Part shown: positions 38,892 through 48,399 of the stretch, piece by piece
Layout of the letters: each line of letters starts with the position of its first letter
How positions within the stretch are numbered: the first letter of the stretch is position 1
Notes under the pieces: model-generated
Seen by the model: only the letters and a program-made list of their open reading frames with translations
Told to the model about the DNA's origin: nothing
Databases searched by the model: none
Made by a program: the position numbers and the translations under genes
Assembly: GCA_963704885.1 (NCBI GenBank)
Contig: CAVPIB010000001.1
Location: forward strand, 640,001-704,000
Direction: 5' to 3'
Source: an uncultured Actinomycetes bacterium
GTDB lineage: Bacteria; Actinomycetota; UBA4738; HRBIN12
DNA length: 64,000 nt

Positions 38892-39722
38892 ATGACGGAT
38901 CGCAGGGTGGCTTTCCTGGGCGGCGGAAAGATGGGCGAGGCGCTCATCGCCGGCCTGATCCGGTCTGGCGGGCGGACGGTTGACGAGATCACGGTCACGT
39001 GCCGGCGCGAGGAGCGCGCTCGTGAGTTGGCCGGCAAGTACGGAGTCTCGGCCACGCTCGACAACGCCGAGGCTGCGCGCTGGGCCGACATGTTGGTGCT
39101 GATGGCCAAGCCGCAAGACATGGAGGTTCTGCTCGAGCAGATCCGGGGCGAGGTGACGCCCGACGACCTGATCGTGAGCTTCGCCGCAGGGCTACGAACC
39201 TCGTTCGCCGAGAAGCACCTCCCTGACGCGGTGCCCGTGGTGCGGGTGATGTCGAACGTGCCGGTGATGGTCGACGAAGCTATGTCGGTGATCGCGGCCG
39301 GATCACACGCCGAGGACGAGCACATGGTGCTGGTCGAGGAGCTGCTCGCCTACGTCGGCCGAGTGCTGCGGCTAAAGGAAGAGCACATGGACGCGGTGAC
39401 TGCCACGAGCGGCAGCGGTCCCGCCTACTTCTTCTTGCTGGCCGAGGCCATGATCGAGGCCTGTATCCTCCTGGGGCTGTCGCGCGACGTGGCGACCGAG
39501 CTGATCATCCAGACCATGCTCGGCTCCGCGAAGATGCTTCGCGACACAGGCAAGCACCCCGTGGAGCTCCGCGAGATGGTGACGTCGCCCGGTGGAACCA
39601 CCATCGCGGCGATCCGCCACCTGGAGGAGGCCGGCGTGCGAGCCGCGTTCCTGAACGCGATCGACGCCGCCTGCAAGCGAGGCCAGGAGCTGTCGCAGGG
39701 CGGCGATGAGGATGAGGAGTAG
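38892..39722 (+). CDS. proC: Pyrroline-5-carboxylate reductase
   Basis: LGGGKMG, RVMSNVP, SGSGPAY, VTSPGGTT. Confidence 0.95.
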   Translation: MTDRRVAFLGGGKMGEALIAGLIRSGGRTVDEITVTCRREERARELAGKYGVSATLDNAEAARWADMLVLMAKPQDMEVLLEQIRGEVTPDDLIVSFAAGLRTSFAEKHLPDAVPVVRVMSNVPVMVDEAMSVIAAGSHAEDEHMVLVEELLAYVGRVLRLKEEHMDAVTATSGSGPAYFFLLAEAMIEACILLGLSRDVATELIIQTMLGSAKMLRDTGKHPVELREMVTSPGGTTIAAIRHLEEAGVRAAFLNAIDAACKRGQELSQGGDEDEE

Positions 39723-39727
39723 GCAGT

Positions 39728-39850
39728 ATGGGTAGGGGAGACCGCAACCAGATCCGCTGGGCGCACGACCGTGAGCGCAGGAAGAAGGAGCGCGAGGCGA
39801 GGCAGGCAGCCGAGCGCGGGGCGGCCAGGAAGGCCGCGAAGAAGAAGTAG
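39728..39850 (+). CDS. Small basic protein (40 aa), not in ORF track
   Basis: MGRGDRNQIRWAHDRERRKKEREARQAAERGAARKAAKKK; GAGGAG RBS in the end of proC. Confidence 0.6.
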   Translation: MGRGDRNQIRWAHDRERRKKEREARQAAERGAARKAAKKK

Positions 39851-39861
39851 TCCGATCCAGG

Positions 39862-40650
39862 CTAGTCGCGCGGCCGCAGGCGGTTCCGGAGGGTGCCGAT
39901 CCCTTCGGCGGCTAGCTCTATCTGCGCGCCGGGCCACAGCCGCCGCGACGGGTCGAGGTCGGCGCCGCGGAACGGACCGAGCGCGAACGCGTCCCCCCGC
40001 TCCAGCACCGCGAAGCGTGACGCCTCGCTGATCAGCCCGTAGAGGCTCTCCGCCGCGCCGTTCAGGTTGCCCTTCGCGACCTCCTCACCGTCGACCTTGA
40101 CCTGGACGATCATCGTCTGCGGGTCCAGCTCGTCGGCGGTCACGACGCACGGGCCGATCGCGAGCGGCAGCCCTTCGGCGGTCGCGAGCGGGTCGCCGCT
40201 CGCCTCGTGCGCCCTCCAGTCGCTCACCAGCGTGTAGCCGAAGATGTTCGGCCGGATGTCGTCGATAGACGCCTTCGCCGTCTCTCGGGCGAGCACCGCG
40301 GCGACCTTCGGCTCGTAGTCGATCCACGCCGCGCCTTCGGGCCACGGCACGTCCTGCTCGGGCCCGACGATCCGTCGCTCGACCCCGGGTGCGTCGGGAG
40401 TGAGCAGCGAGGTAGGGAAGAGCGGGGGGAGCACGCGCGCCTGCTTCACGACGCAGCGAGCTACCTCGTCTTCACGTTCGAGGGCGGCACGGGCGGCGTC
40501 CATCACGGTTCCGCCGCTGCTCGCCACCAGGGCTTCCAAGGTGGTGGGGAAGGCCGGATGCCCAACGACGTCGGGCAGGTCGACCACCTCACCCCCGAGG
40601 ATCGCTCCCAGTCGCCGGTGCCCCCTCCGGTCGTAGGTCACGAGCCTCAT
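39862..40650 (-). CDS. Fumarylacetoacetate-hydrolase-family protein (degenerate motifs)
   Basis: MRLVTY, IDYEP, IFGYTLVSDW, GPCVVTADEL, EGIGTLRN. Confidence 0.75.
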   Translation of the reverse strand: MRLVTYDRRGHRRLGAILGGEVVDLPDVVGHPAFPTTLEALVASSGGTVMDAARAALEREDEVARCVVKQARVLPPLFPTSLLTPDAPGVERRIVGPEQDVPWPEGAAWIDYEPKVAAVLARETAKASIDDIRPNIFGYTLVSDWRAHEASGDPLATAEGLPLAIGPCVVTADELDPQTMIVQVKVDGEEVAKGNLNGAAESLYGLISEASRFAVLERGDAFALGPFRGADLDPSRRLWPGAQIELAAEGIGTLRNRLRPRD

Positions 40651-40810
40651 CAGGGAGCCGAAGCATACGCCCGCCCACCTGCGATTTCCGGCTTTCCACC
40701 GACGAACTGGCGGTCACCGGTCGATGGGCGATGGATGGGGTGCTCGGCTACGCTACCGACCGCACGACCAGCGGGTTTCTCAACCGTTCTTAAGGAAGGG
40801 GCGAGCTCCT

Positions 40811-42373
40811 ATGGCAGAGGGTTTCCGCGTGACCTACGCGACCATGTCGGCCGACAACGAAGAGCTGCACAAGCATTACGACGAGGGGATCGACCAAGCC
40901 AAGGCCGAGCTCGGCAAGACCATCCCGGTCGTCGTGAACGGCGAGGAACGTCCCGGCGAGGGCACCTACGAGCTTGAGTCGCCGACGGACGGCACGCTGC
41001 TCGCGCACATCTCGCAAGCCACACGCAAGGACGTCGAGGACGCGATCGCCGCGGCGAAGGGCTTCGCCGTCGAGTGGGATCGGATGGGCTGGAAGAAGCA
41101 CGTCGAGATCATCAACAACGCGGCAGACCTGATCACAGAACGCCGCAACATGCTGTCGGCGCTGATGGCGATGGAGGTCGGCAAGAACCGCCTCGAGGCG
41201 CTCGGCGACGTAGAGGAGACCGCCGACCTGATGCGCTGGAACGCGAAGGAGATGGTCGACCACAACGGCTTCAACGTGCCGATGCAAGCGATGGGTGCGG
41301 CCGGCGACTACTACGACGTGCTGCGGCCGTTCGGCGTCTGGGCCGTGATCAGCCCGTTCAACTTCCCGATGGCGCTCTCCGGCGGCCCGTCCTCGGGAGC
41401 CCTCGTCGCGGGCAACTGCGTCGTCTTCAAGCCGGCGCACCAGGGTGCGCTCCTCGGATACAAGCTCTATGAGATCTACCGCGACGCCGGTGTGCCCAAC
41501 GCCGCGTTCCACTACATCCCCGGTCGCGGCTCGATCGTCGGGGACATCATCGTGCACCACAAGGACGTCGATGGGATCACGTTCACCGGCTCGTACGAGG
41601 TCGGGATGGGCATCTACCGCACGTTCGCGTCGGACTACCCGAAGCCAGTGATCTGCGAGATGGGTGGGAAGAACCCGGCGATCGTGACGAAGAGCGCGGA
41701 CCTGGACAAGGCGACCGACGGCGTGATGCGGTCGGCGTTCGGCTTCGGTGGGCAGAAGTGCTCAGCGGCGTCACGCGTGTTCGTGGAGCGCGAGGTCTAC
41801 GACGACTTCGTCGCACAGCTCAAGGAGAAGACCGAGAAGATCAAGATCGGCAACCCGTTGGAGAAGGACGTCTACCTCGGCCCCCTGATCAACCAGGCGG
41901 CGATCGATACCTTCGAGGAAGCGGCCCAGGAGGCGCGCACGGTCGGCACGATCGTGACCGGCGGTGAGCGCCTCACGGACGGCGAGTTCGCCAAGGGCAC
42001 CTTCGTCCAGCCGACCGTGGTCGAGGTCCCCGACGACAGCTGGATCTGGAAGAAGGAGCTGTTCGTTCCGTTCGTCGCGGTGAAGTCGTTCGACGAGTTG
42101 GACGACGCGATCGACGAGGCGAACTCCAGCGAGTACGGCTTGACGGCCGGTCTCTACAGCGAGGACCGGGCCGAGATCGACGAGTGGCTCGACCGGATCC
42201 AGGCGGGTGTGGTGTACGTGAACCGCCGCGCCGGCGCGACCACGGGCGCGTGGCCCGGCGTTCAGCCGTTCGGCGGATGGAAGGGTTCCGGCACGACGGG
42301 CAAGGCGGGAGGCGGTCCCTACTACGTCACCCAATACATGCGCGAGCAGTCGCGGACGGTGATCGAGGAGTGA
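40811..42373 (+). CDS. Aldehyde dehydrogenase (P5C-dehydrogenase-like)
   Basis: ISPFNFP, FTGS, EMGGKN, GQKCSA, YGLT, QPFGGWKGSG. Confidence 0.9.
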   Translation: MAEGFRVTYATMSADNEELHKHYDEGIDQAKAELGKTIPVVVNGEERPGEGTYELESPTDGTLLAHISQATRKDVEDAIAAAKGFAVEWDRMGWKKHVEIINNAADLITERRNMLSALMAMEVGKNRLEALGDVEETADLMRWNAKEMVDHNGFNVPMQAMGAAGDYYDVLRPFGVWAVISPFNFPMALSGGPSSGALVAGNCVVFKPAHQGALLGYKLYEIYRDAGVPNAAFHYIPGRGSIVGDIIVHHKDVDGITFTGSYEVGMGIYRTFASDYPKPVICEMGGKNPAIVTKSADLDKATDGVMRSAFGFGGQKCSAASRVFVEREVYDDFVAQLKEKTEKIKIGNPLEKDVYLGPLINQAAIDTFEEAAQEARTVGTIVTGGERLTDGEFAKGTFVQPTVVEVPDDSWIWKKELFVPFVAVKSFDELDDAIDEANSSEYGLTAGLYSEDRAEIDEWLDRIQAGVVYVNRRAGATTGAWPGVQPFGGWKGSGTTGKAGGGPYYVTQYMREQSRTVIEE

Positions 42374-43722
42374 GCCTGGAGGACATGGAGATCGAGGGGC
42401 TCGCGCACGCGAAGGCCCCGAACCTGATCACCGAGATCCCCGGGCTGAACGCCCAGGAGGTGCTGGACCGGGACGCCCGCGTGACGAGTCCCTCGCTCCC
42501 CCGCGCTTACCCGTTCGTCCCGAAGCGGGGTGCCGGGTCGGTCGTCGAAGACGTCGATGGGAACATCTTCCTGGACCTGAACGCCGGGATAGCGGTGACC
42601 TCGACGGGGCATTGCCACCCGAAGGTCGTCGAGGCGATCCAGCGTCAGTCGGCCGAGCTGATCCACTATTCGGCGAGCGACTTCTTCCTGCCGATCTATT
42701 CGGAGGTAGCCGAGCGCCTGGATGAGATCGCGCCCATGTCCGAGCCGGTGCGTTCGTTCCTGACGAACTCGGGGACGGAAGCGGTCGAGGCCGGGATGAA
42801 GCTGGCTCGATGGGCGACGGGCCGTCAGTACATCCTGGGGTTCTACGGCTCGTTCCATGGACGGTCCTACGGCAGCGTTTCGCTCACCGCCTCCAAGGCG
42901 AACTACCGCGCAGGGTTCGGTCCCCTTCTGCCCGGCGTGATCCACGCCTACTACGGCGACGGGCGTGACATGCAGATGGCACCGGGCTCCGCTGAGGACG
43001 GGTTCCCCACCATCGACTACATCGAGCACTTCTTGTTCAAGAAGATGGTGTCGGCGCGCGAAGTGGCCGCGATCGTGGTCGAGCCGGTGCTGGGCGAGGG
43101 CGGCTACATCGTCCCGCCCGACGGATGGTTGCGGGCGCTCCGCGAGCTCTGCGATCGCCACGGCATCTACCTGATCTGCGACGAGGTGCAGTCGGGCATA
43201 GGCCGCACGGGCAAGATGTGGGCGGTCGAGCATCCCGGCGTGGAGCCCGACATCCTGCTCGCTGGCAAGGGGATGGCGAGTGGGATGCCGCTCGGCGCCA
43301 TGATCGCCAAGGACTCGAAGATGACGTGGACGATCGGAACGCACGGGTCGACGTACGGTGGCAACCCCGTGTCGTGCGCCGCGGCACTTGCCACGCTCGA
43401 CGTGATCCAGGAGGAGCAGCTGCTGGAGAACGCCGACAAGGTGGGCGGCGTGATGTTGAACGGGCTCCGTGACATGCAGGATCGCCACCCCAGCATCCGC
43501 GAGGTGCGAGGCTTGGCGCTGATGATCGGGATCGAGTTCCCCGACCATGACTTCGCAGCGGGGGTGGAGCATCGGTTGTTCCAGAAGGGCTTGCTGGCCC
43601 TCGGGTGCGGTGACAACGCGATGCGGATGTCGCCCGCGCTCACGTTCCGTGAGGACCAGGCGCGGACCGCGCTCGAGATCTTCGAGGGCGTGGTCGCCGA
43701 CGCCGAGTCCTCCGATGCGTAG
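42370..43722 (+). CDS. Class III PLP aminotransferase (4-aminobutyrate-transaminase-like)
   Basis: NSGTEA, SFHGR, EPVLGEGG, DEVQSGIGRTG, GKG, STYGGNP. Confidence 0.88.
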   Translation: MSLEDMEIEGLAHAKAPNLITEIPGLNAQEVLDRDARVTSPSLPRAYPFVPKRGAGSVVEDVDGNIFLDLNAGIAVTSTGHCHPKVVEAIQRQSAELIHYSASDFFLPIYSEVAERLDEIAPMSEPVRSFLTNSGTEAVEAGMKLARWATGRQYILGFYGSFHGRSYGSVSLTASKANYRAGFGPLLPGVIHAYYGDGRDMQMAPGSAEDGFPTIDYIEHFLFKKMVSAREVAAIVVEPVLGEGGYIVPPDGWLRALRELCDRHGIYLICDEVQSGIGRTGKMWAVEHPGVEPDILLAGKGMASGMPLGAMIAKDSKMTWTIGTHGSTYGGNPVSCAAALATLDVIQEEQLLENADKVGGVMLNGLRDMQDRHPSIREVRGLALMIGIEFPDHDFAAGVEHRLFQKGLLALGCGDNAMRMSPALTFREDQARTALEIFEGVVADAESSDA

Positions 43723-43731
43723 GTCGTCGGC

Positions 43732-44121
43732 GTGACCGTCTCCGTCGATACCCTCACGTTCGACTGCCACGATCCGAAGCTCGTCGCCGACTTCTGGTGC
43801 ACGGCGCTCGGGTATCGGCTCGTGGATATCGACGACGAAGGCGCGGAGATCCGGCCCGTCGATGGTTCGGGCTGGACGCTGCTCTTCTTGATCGTTCCCG
43901 AGGGCAAGAGCGTCAAGAACCGCGTGCATCTGGATCTGCGCCCCAGTGTGTCGATGGCCGACGAGGTGGCTCGATTGGAAGCGGCCGGTGCCACCCCTTC
44001 GCGACGGGTGGACGAGGGAGGCAGCTTCTGGACCGTGATGGCCGACCCGGAGGGGAACGAGCTCTGCGTCCTTCGCGGCCCCGCGGATGGCTGGACGCCG
44101 GAGGGGTCGGTGGATGGCTGA
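43732..44121 (+). CDS. VOC/glyoxalase family protein
   Basis: FDCHDP...FW..ALG, KNRVHLDL, WTVMADPEGNE. Confidence 0.88.
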   Translation: MTVSVDTLTFDCHDPKLVADFWCTALGYRLVDIDDEGAEIRPVDGSGWTLLFLIVPEGKSVKNRVHLDLRPSVSMADEVARLEAAGATPSRRVDEGGSFWTVMADPEGNELCVLRGPADGWTPEGSVDG

Positions 44122-45037
44122 GTCGAAGGTGGCCACCATGCACGACGCCGTCGCGGCCTTCGTCCGCGACGGCGACACCGTCGCGATCGAAGGCTTCACC
44201 CACCTGATCTGCTTCGCCGCGGGTCACGAGATCATCCGGCAGCGTCGCCGCGACCTGACGCTCTGCCGCTTGACCCCCGACGTGGTCTACGACCAGATGA
44301 TCGGGGCCGGCGTCGCATCCAAGCTGGTGTTCTCTTGGCTCGGCAACCCGGGCGTGGGTTCGCTCCACGCTATCCGCAGGCGTATCGAGAACGATGACCC
44401 GGCACCGTTGGAGATCGAGGAGTACTCGCATTTCGGGATGGTCTGCCGCTACGTGTCCGGCGCCGCTAACCTGCCGTTCTTCCCGATCCGCAGCTACTTC
44501 GAGTCGGACATCCCGAAGGTCAACCCGAACATCAAGGCGATGCGCTCGCCGTATGCCGACGGCACCGAGATCCACGTCGTGCCGCCGCTCAAGCCCGACG
44601 TGTCGATCGTGCACGCGCAGCGTGCCGACGCGAGCGGCGATGCTCAGATCTGGGGGCTGCTCGGTTGCCAGAAAGAGGCGGCGTTCGCGGCCGACCGTGT
44701 GATCGTGGTGTGCGAGGAGCTGGTCGAGGAGTCCGTGATCCGCGCCGATCCCAACCGAACCGTGATCCCAGGGGTGATCGTGGATGCCGTGGTCGAGGAG
44801 CCGTTCGCCTGCCATCCGTCTTTCGCGCAGGGCTACTACGACCGCGACAACGCGTTCTACCTGAAGTGGGATGAGATCGCGCGGGACGCGGCGACGCTCG
44901 ATGCCTGGCTGGACGAGTGGGTCCACGGCCTGGCCAACCACGCCGAGTACGTGGAGAAGATGGGCGCGGCGCACTGGGACCACCTTCGGCCCGAGTCGGC
45001 GATGTCGGGCGAGGTCGACTACGGGAGGTACGCGTGA
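44114..45037 (+). CDS. Family I CoA-transferase alpha subunit (GctA/PcaI-like)
   Basis: EGFTHLICFAAGHEIIRQ, FSWLGNPGVGSL, QGYYDRDN. Confidence 0.88.
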   Translation: MAESKVATMHDAVAAFVRDGDTVAIEGFTHLICFAAGHEIIRQRRRDLTLCRLTPDVVYDQMIGAGVASKLVFSWLGNPGVGSLHAIRRRIENDDPAPLEIEEYSHFGMVCRYVSGAANLPFFPIRSYFESDIPKVNPNIKAMRSPYADGTEIHVVPPLKPDVSIVHAQRADASGDAQIWGLLGCQKEAAFAADRVIVVCEELVEESVIRADPNRTVIPGVIVDAVVEEPFACHPSFAQGYYDRDNAFYLKWDEIARDAATLDAWLDEWVHGLANHAEYVEKMGAAHWDHLRPESAMSGEVDYGRYA

Positions 45038-45810
45038 GCGACGCCGTCGCCGGGTACTCCAAGTCCGAGATCATGATCGCCGCGAGCGCGCGGCAGCTGA
45101 ACGCGGTCAGCAACTGCTTCGTTGGTGTGGGACTGCCGAACATCGTCTGCAACCTGGCGCAGCGCACCGTCTCGCCTCACCTGCAACTGGTCTACGAGTC
45201 GGGCGTATTCGGCGCTCGGCCGGAGCGCTTGCCGCTGTCGATCGGGGACCCGACACTCGTCACCGGCGCCACCGCGATCACGTCGATGTTCGAGCTGTTC
45301 GCCTACTACTTGCAGGCGGGGCTGATCGACGTGGCGTTCCTGGGCGCCGCGCAGATCGACAGGTTCGGCAACATCAACACCACGGTGATAGGCGACTACG
45401 CCAAGCCCAAGGTCCGCCTGCCAGGAAGCGGCGGCGCGTGCGAGATCGCGATCAACGCCCGACAGGTGATGGTGATCATGCGCCAGGGGACCCGTTCGTT
45501 CGTGGACACGATCGACTTCCGGACGTCGCCGGGACACTCGGGTGATCCGGACCACGACGCCGCGCGAGGCTGGTGGGGGAGCGGCCCGACCAGCGTCGTG
45601 ACCGACCTGGGGACGTACGTCTTCGATGAACGGACGGGCGAGATGACGCTCACCACGCTGCATCCCGGTGTCAGCCTCGAGCAGGTGCGCCAAGGGATGG
45701 GCTGGGACCCGAAGGTCGCCGACGACGTTGGCGAGACGTCGGCGCCGTCGGCAGAGGAGCTCCGGTTGATCCGCGAAGAGCTCGACCCGCTCGGCGTCTA
45801 CACGAAGTAG
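45034..45810 (+). CDS. Family I CoA-transferase beta subunit (GctB/PcaJ-like)
   Basis: FVGVGLP, YESG, AQIDRFGNINTT, RLPGSGGA. Confidence 0.88.
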   Translation: MSDAVAGYSKSEIMIAASARQLNAVSNCFVGVGLPNIVCNLAQRTVSPHLQLVYESGVFGARPERLPLSIGDPTLVTGATAITSMFELFAYYLQAGLIDVAFLGAAQIDRFGNINTTVIGDYAKPKVRLPGSGGACEIAINARQVMVIMRQGTRSFVDTIDFRTSPGHSGDPDHDAARGWWGSGPTSVVTDLGTYVFDERTGEMTLTTLHPGVSLEQVRQGMGWDPKVADDVGETSAPSAEELRLIREELDPLGVYTK

Positions 45811-45824
45811 CCACGAGCGGTACC

Positions 45825-46022
45825 GTGTCGGCCATGCCGGAGCGCGACCACGAGCCCGAAGCCTCGCCCTGGGCGGACCCCGCCGAGATGCAGGATCCTG
45901 AGCCGGACTGGGCGAAAGGCATCCGCGACCAGAGGAAGGCCCGGGCCGAACGCCTCCGAAAGGTGTTCGAGGGCTTCGACGGCAAGCTCCAGAAGAAGCC
46001 TGAACCTCCGGGGTCCGGATGA
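45825..46022 (+). CDS. Small hypothetical protein
   Basis: 65 aa within the operon; ATGA overlap with the next gene. Confidence 0.5.
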   Translation: MSAMPERDHEPEASPWADPAEMQDPEPDWAKGIRDQRKARAERLRKVFEGFDGKLQKKPEPPGSG

Positions 46023-47329
46023 GCCACGTCTTCCCACGCGTGCTGACCCGTGTTCTGCCGACGGCGGTGTCGGCCGAGGGCGCCTGGATCGTGGATGCCA
46101 ACGGCAAGCGTTATCTGGACGGTTCGGGCGGGGCGATCGTGGTGAACGTCGGTCACGGCGACCGTGAGCTGATCGATGCCGCGGTCGCGCAGCTGCACAA
46201 GACCCAGTACGTGCACGGCACGATGTTCACGACCGAAGCGGTCGAATCCTACGCCGACGAGCTGGCGCCGCATCTCCCCATGGACGATCCACGGATCTAC
46301 CCGGTGTCGGGAGGGAGCGAGGCTATCGAGACCGCCATCAAGATGGCGCGGGCCTATCACATGGCGCGTGGCGAGGAAGCTCGAACCGCCATCATCGCCA
46401 GGAGGAGCTCGTATCACGGCAATACGCTCGGCGCGCTGGACGTGAGCGGCAAGGAGCCCATCCGCAAGCCGTATACGGCTTGGCTCGGCCGGTTCCTGCA
46501 CGCGCCCGCGGCCTACGAGTACCGGTGCGGGAACCCGCAACACCCCGAGGAGTGCGGGGCGTGGCACGCCGCCGAGCTCGAGCGGATGGTCTCGCTGGCC
46601 GGGCCCGAGAACGTGGCGGCCTTCGTGGCCGAGCCGGTCGGGGGCGCGACGCTCGCTGCGGCGGTCCCGACCGACGACTACTGGCCGGCCGTTCTGGATG
46701 TCTGCCGTCGCCACGGCATTCTCGTGATAGCGGACGAGGTCATGACAGGGTTCGGCCGGACGGGTCGCTGGTTCGGCGCGGACCACTGGGGCGTCCGCCC
46801 CGACATCTTGACCGCCGGCAAGGGCAGCACTAGCGGCTACGTGCCGTTCGGGTTCGCCGCTGCCACCCGCGAGGTGTTCGACACCGTCGCCTCCGGAGGG
46901 TTCGTTCACGGTTTCACGTGGTCGCACAACGCGCTCGGCGCGGCGGTTGGTAGTGCGGTCCTGCGCCGCCTAACCGAGGGCGGGCTGGTCGAGCGGAGCG
47001 CCGAGCTCGGCGAGCGCCTCCGCAAGGAGCTGGCCGTGGCGCTCGAGGATTGCCCGATCGTCGGGGACGTTCGCGGGATCGGCATGATGGTCGGGGTGGA
47101 GTTGGTGCGCGACCGCGAGACGGCGGATCCGTTCGCTCGGACCGAGCAGGCGGCGGAGCGTGTCACCGCCGCTGCTCGCGAGGCGGGTCTGCTTCTCTAC
47201 TCGAGCACCGGTCATGTCGACGGGACGAAAGGCGACCTGATCATGCTGGGACCGCCGTTCTGCATGACCGACGACGACGCGTCGATCCTGGTGGAGCGCA
47301 CCGCTGCCTCGATCTGCTCGGTCGCGTGA
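46019..47329 (+). CDS. Class III PLP aminotransferase (omega-amine:pyruvate / BioA-like)
   Basis: SGGSEA, SYHG, DEVMTGFGRTG, AGKG, HGFTW. Confidence 0.88.
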   Translation: MSHVFPRVLTRVLPTAVSAEGAWIVDANGKRYLDGSGGAIVVNVGHGDRELIDAAVAQLHKTQYVHGTMFTTEAVESYADELAPHLPMDDPRIYPVSGGSEAIETAIKMARAYHMARGEEARTAIIARRSSYHGNTLGALDVSGKEPIRKPYTAWLGRFLHAPAAYEYRCGNPQHPEECGAWHAAELERMVSLAGPENVAAFVAEPVGGATLAAAVPTDDYWPAVLDVCRRHGILVIADEVMTGFGRTGRWFGADHWGVRPDILTAGKGSTSGYVPFGFAAATREVFDTVASGGFVHGFTWSHNALGAAVGSAVLRRLTEGGLVERSAELGERLRKELAVALEDCPIVGDVRGIGMMVGVELVRDRETADPFARTEQAAERVTAAAREAGLLLYSSTGHVDGTKGDLIMLGPPFCMTDDDASILVERTAASICSVA

Positions 47330-48399
47330 GCGACAGGGTCGGACTCGTCCTGTGTCCCGAAGCCAAGATCTACGATCACGGCCCCGAACATCCCCTCCGG
47401 CCCGAGCGCGTGCTCCTGACCTGGGAGCTGATCCACTCCCTGGGTCTGGACGACCTCGCGAACGTCGAGCGGTTGACCTGTCAGGCTGCAGACGACGCCA
47501 CGCTCCAGTTGGTGCATACGCCTGCGTTCATCGACGCAACGCGGCGCGCCGGAGATGGCGAGACCGGAGACTGGAGGCGGTTCGGCTACGGCCCCGGCGA
47601 CAATCCGATCTTCGACCGGATGCACCACGCCGGAGCGCTGGTGGCCGGGGCGTCTGTGGAGGCCGCGCGGTCGGTGTGGGCCGGGGAGGTCGAGCATGCG
47701 TTCAACGCAGCCGGAGGGCTTCATCACGCCATGCCCGATCGGGCGTCGGGGTTCTGCGTGTACGACGACCCGGCGATAGCCATCGCGTGGCTCCTGGAGC
47801 ATGGCGCGGAGCGGGTGGCCTACGTCGACGTGGACGTGCACCACGGCGACGGCCCGCAGTTCATCTTCTGGGACGATCCGCGCGTGCTCACCGTCTCGAT
47901 CCATCAGTTCGCGCCGTGGTTCTTCCCCGGCACCGGTGATGCGAGCGAACGGGGAGGCTCGGAGGCATCGGATAGCGCCGTGAACATCCCGCTCCCTCCC
48001 TTCACGGGCGACGAAGAGTGGCTGCATGCGTTCCGAGGCGAGGTGCCCAGGCTGGTCAGGGGGTTCCGTCCCGACGTGTTGGTGACCCAGCTCGGTTGTG
48101 ACACCCACGCCACCGACCCGCTGGCGCAGATGCAGCTCACCACCCGCGCCTACCGCGAGGCGGCGAAGGAGCTCCACGACCTGGCGCACACGGCGGCGAG
48201 CGGACGTTGGGTGGCAACCGGGGGGGGCGGATACCAGTGGGCTCGGGTCGCTCCGCGAGCGTGGACGCTCTACTTCGCCGAGATGGCCGGTGCCGAGGTA
48301 CCCGATCGGCTCCCCGACCGGTGGATCGAAGAGGTTCGCGGACTCGTCGGCGGCGATGTGCCAACCACGTTCTCCGAGTTGGCGGTCGACCCGGCATGA
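47326..48399 (+). CDS. AcuC / histone-deacetylase-family amidohydrolase
   Basis: HPLRPER, GGLHHA, SGFCVY, DVDVHHGDG, GCDTH..DPL, GGGGY. Confidence 0.9.
   Translation: MSDRVGLVLCPEAKIYDHGPEHPLRPERVLLTWELIHSLGLDDLANVERLTCQAADDATLQLVHTPAFIDATRRAGDGETGDWRRFGYGPGDNPIFDRMHHAGALVAGASVEAARSVWAGEVEHAFNAAGGLHHAMPDRASGFCVYDDPAIAIAWLLEHGAERVAYVDVDVHHGDGPQFIFWDDPRVLTVSIHQFAPWFFPGTGDASERGGSEASDSAVNIPLPPFTGDEEWLHAFRGEVPRLVRGFRPDVLVTQLGCDTHATDPLAQMQLTTRAYREAAKELHDLAHTAASGRWVATGGGGYQWARVAPRAWTLYFAEMAGAEVPDRLPDRWIEEVRGLVGGDVPTTFSELAVDPA

Noticed and set aside
42322-44199. Long antisense ORFs (e.g. 42322-44199, 48270-49703, 34860-36311, 573-1760)
   Set aside because: Shadow ORFs opposite well-supported genes, expected in high-GC DNA.
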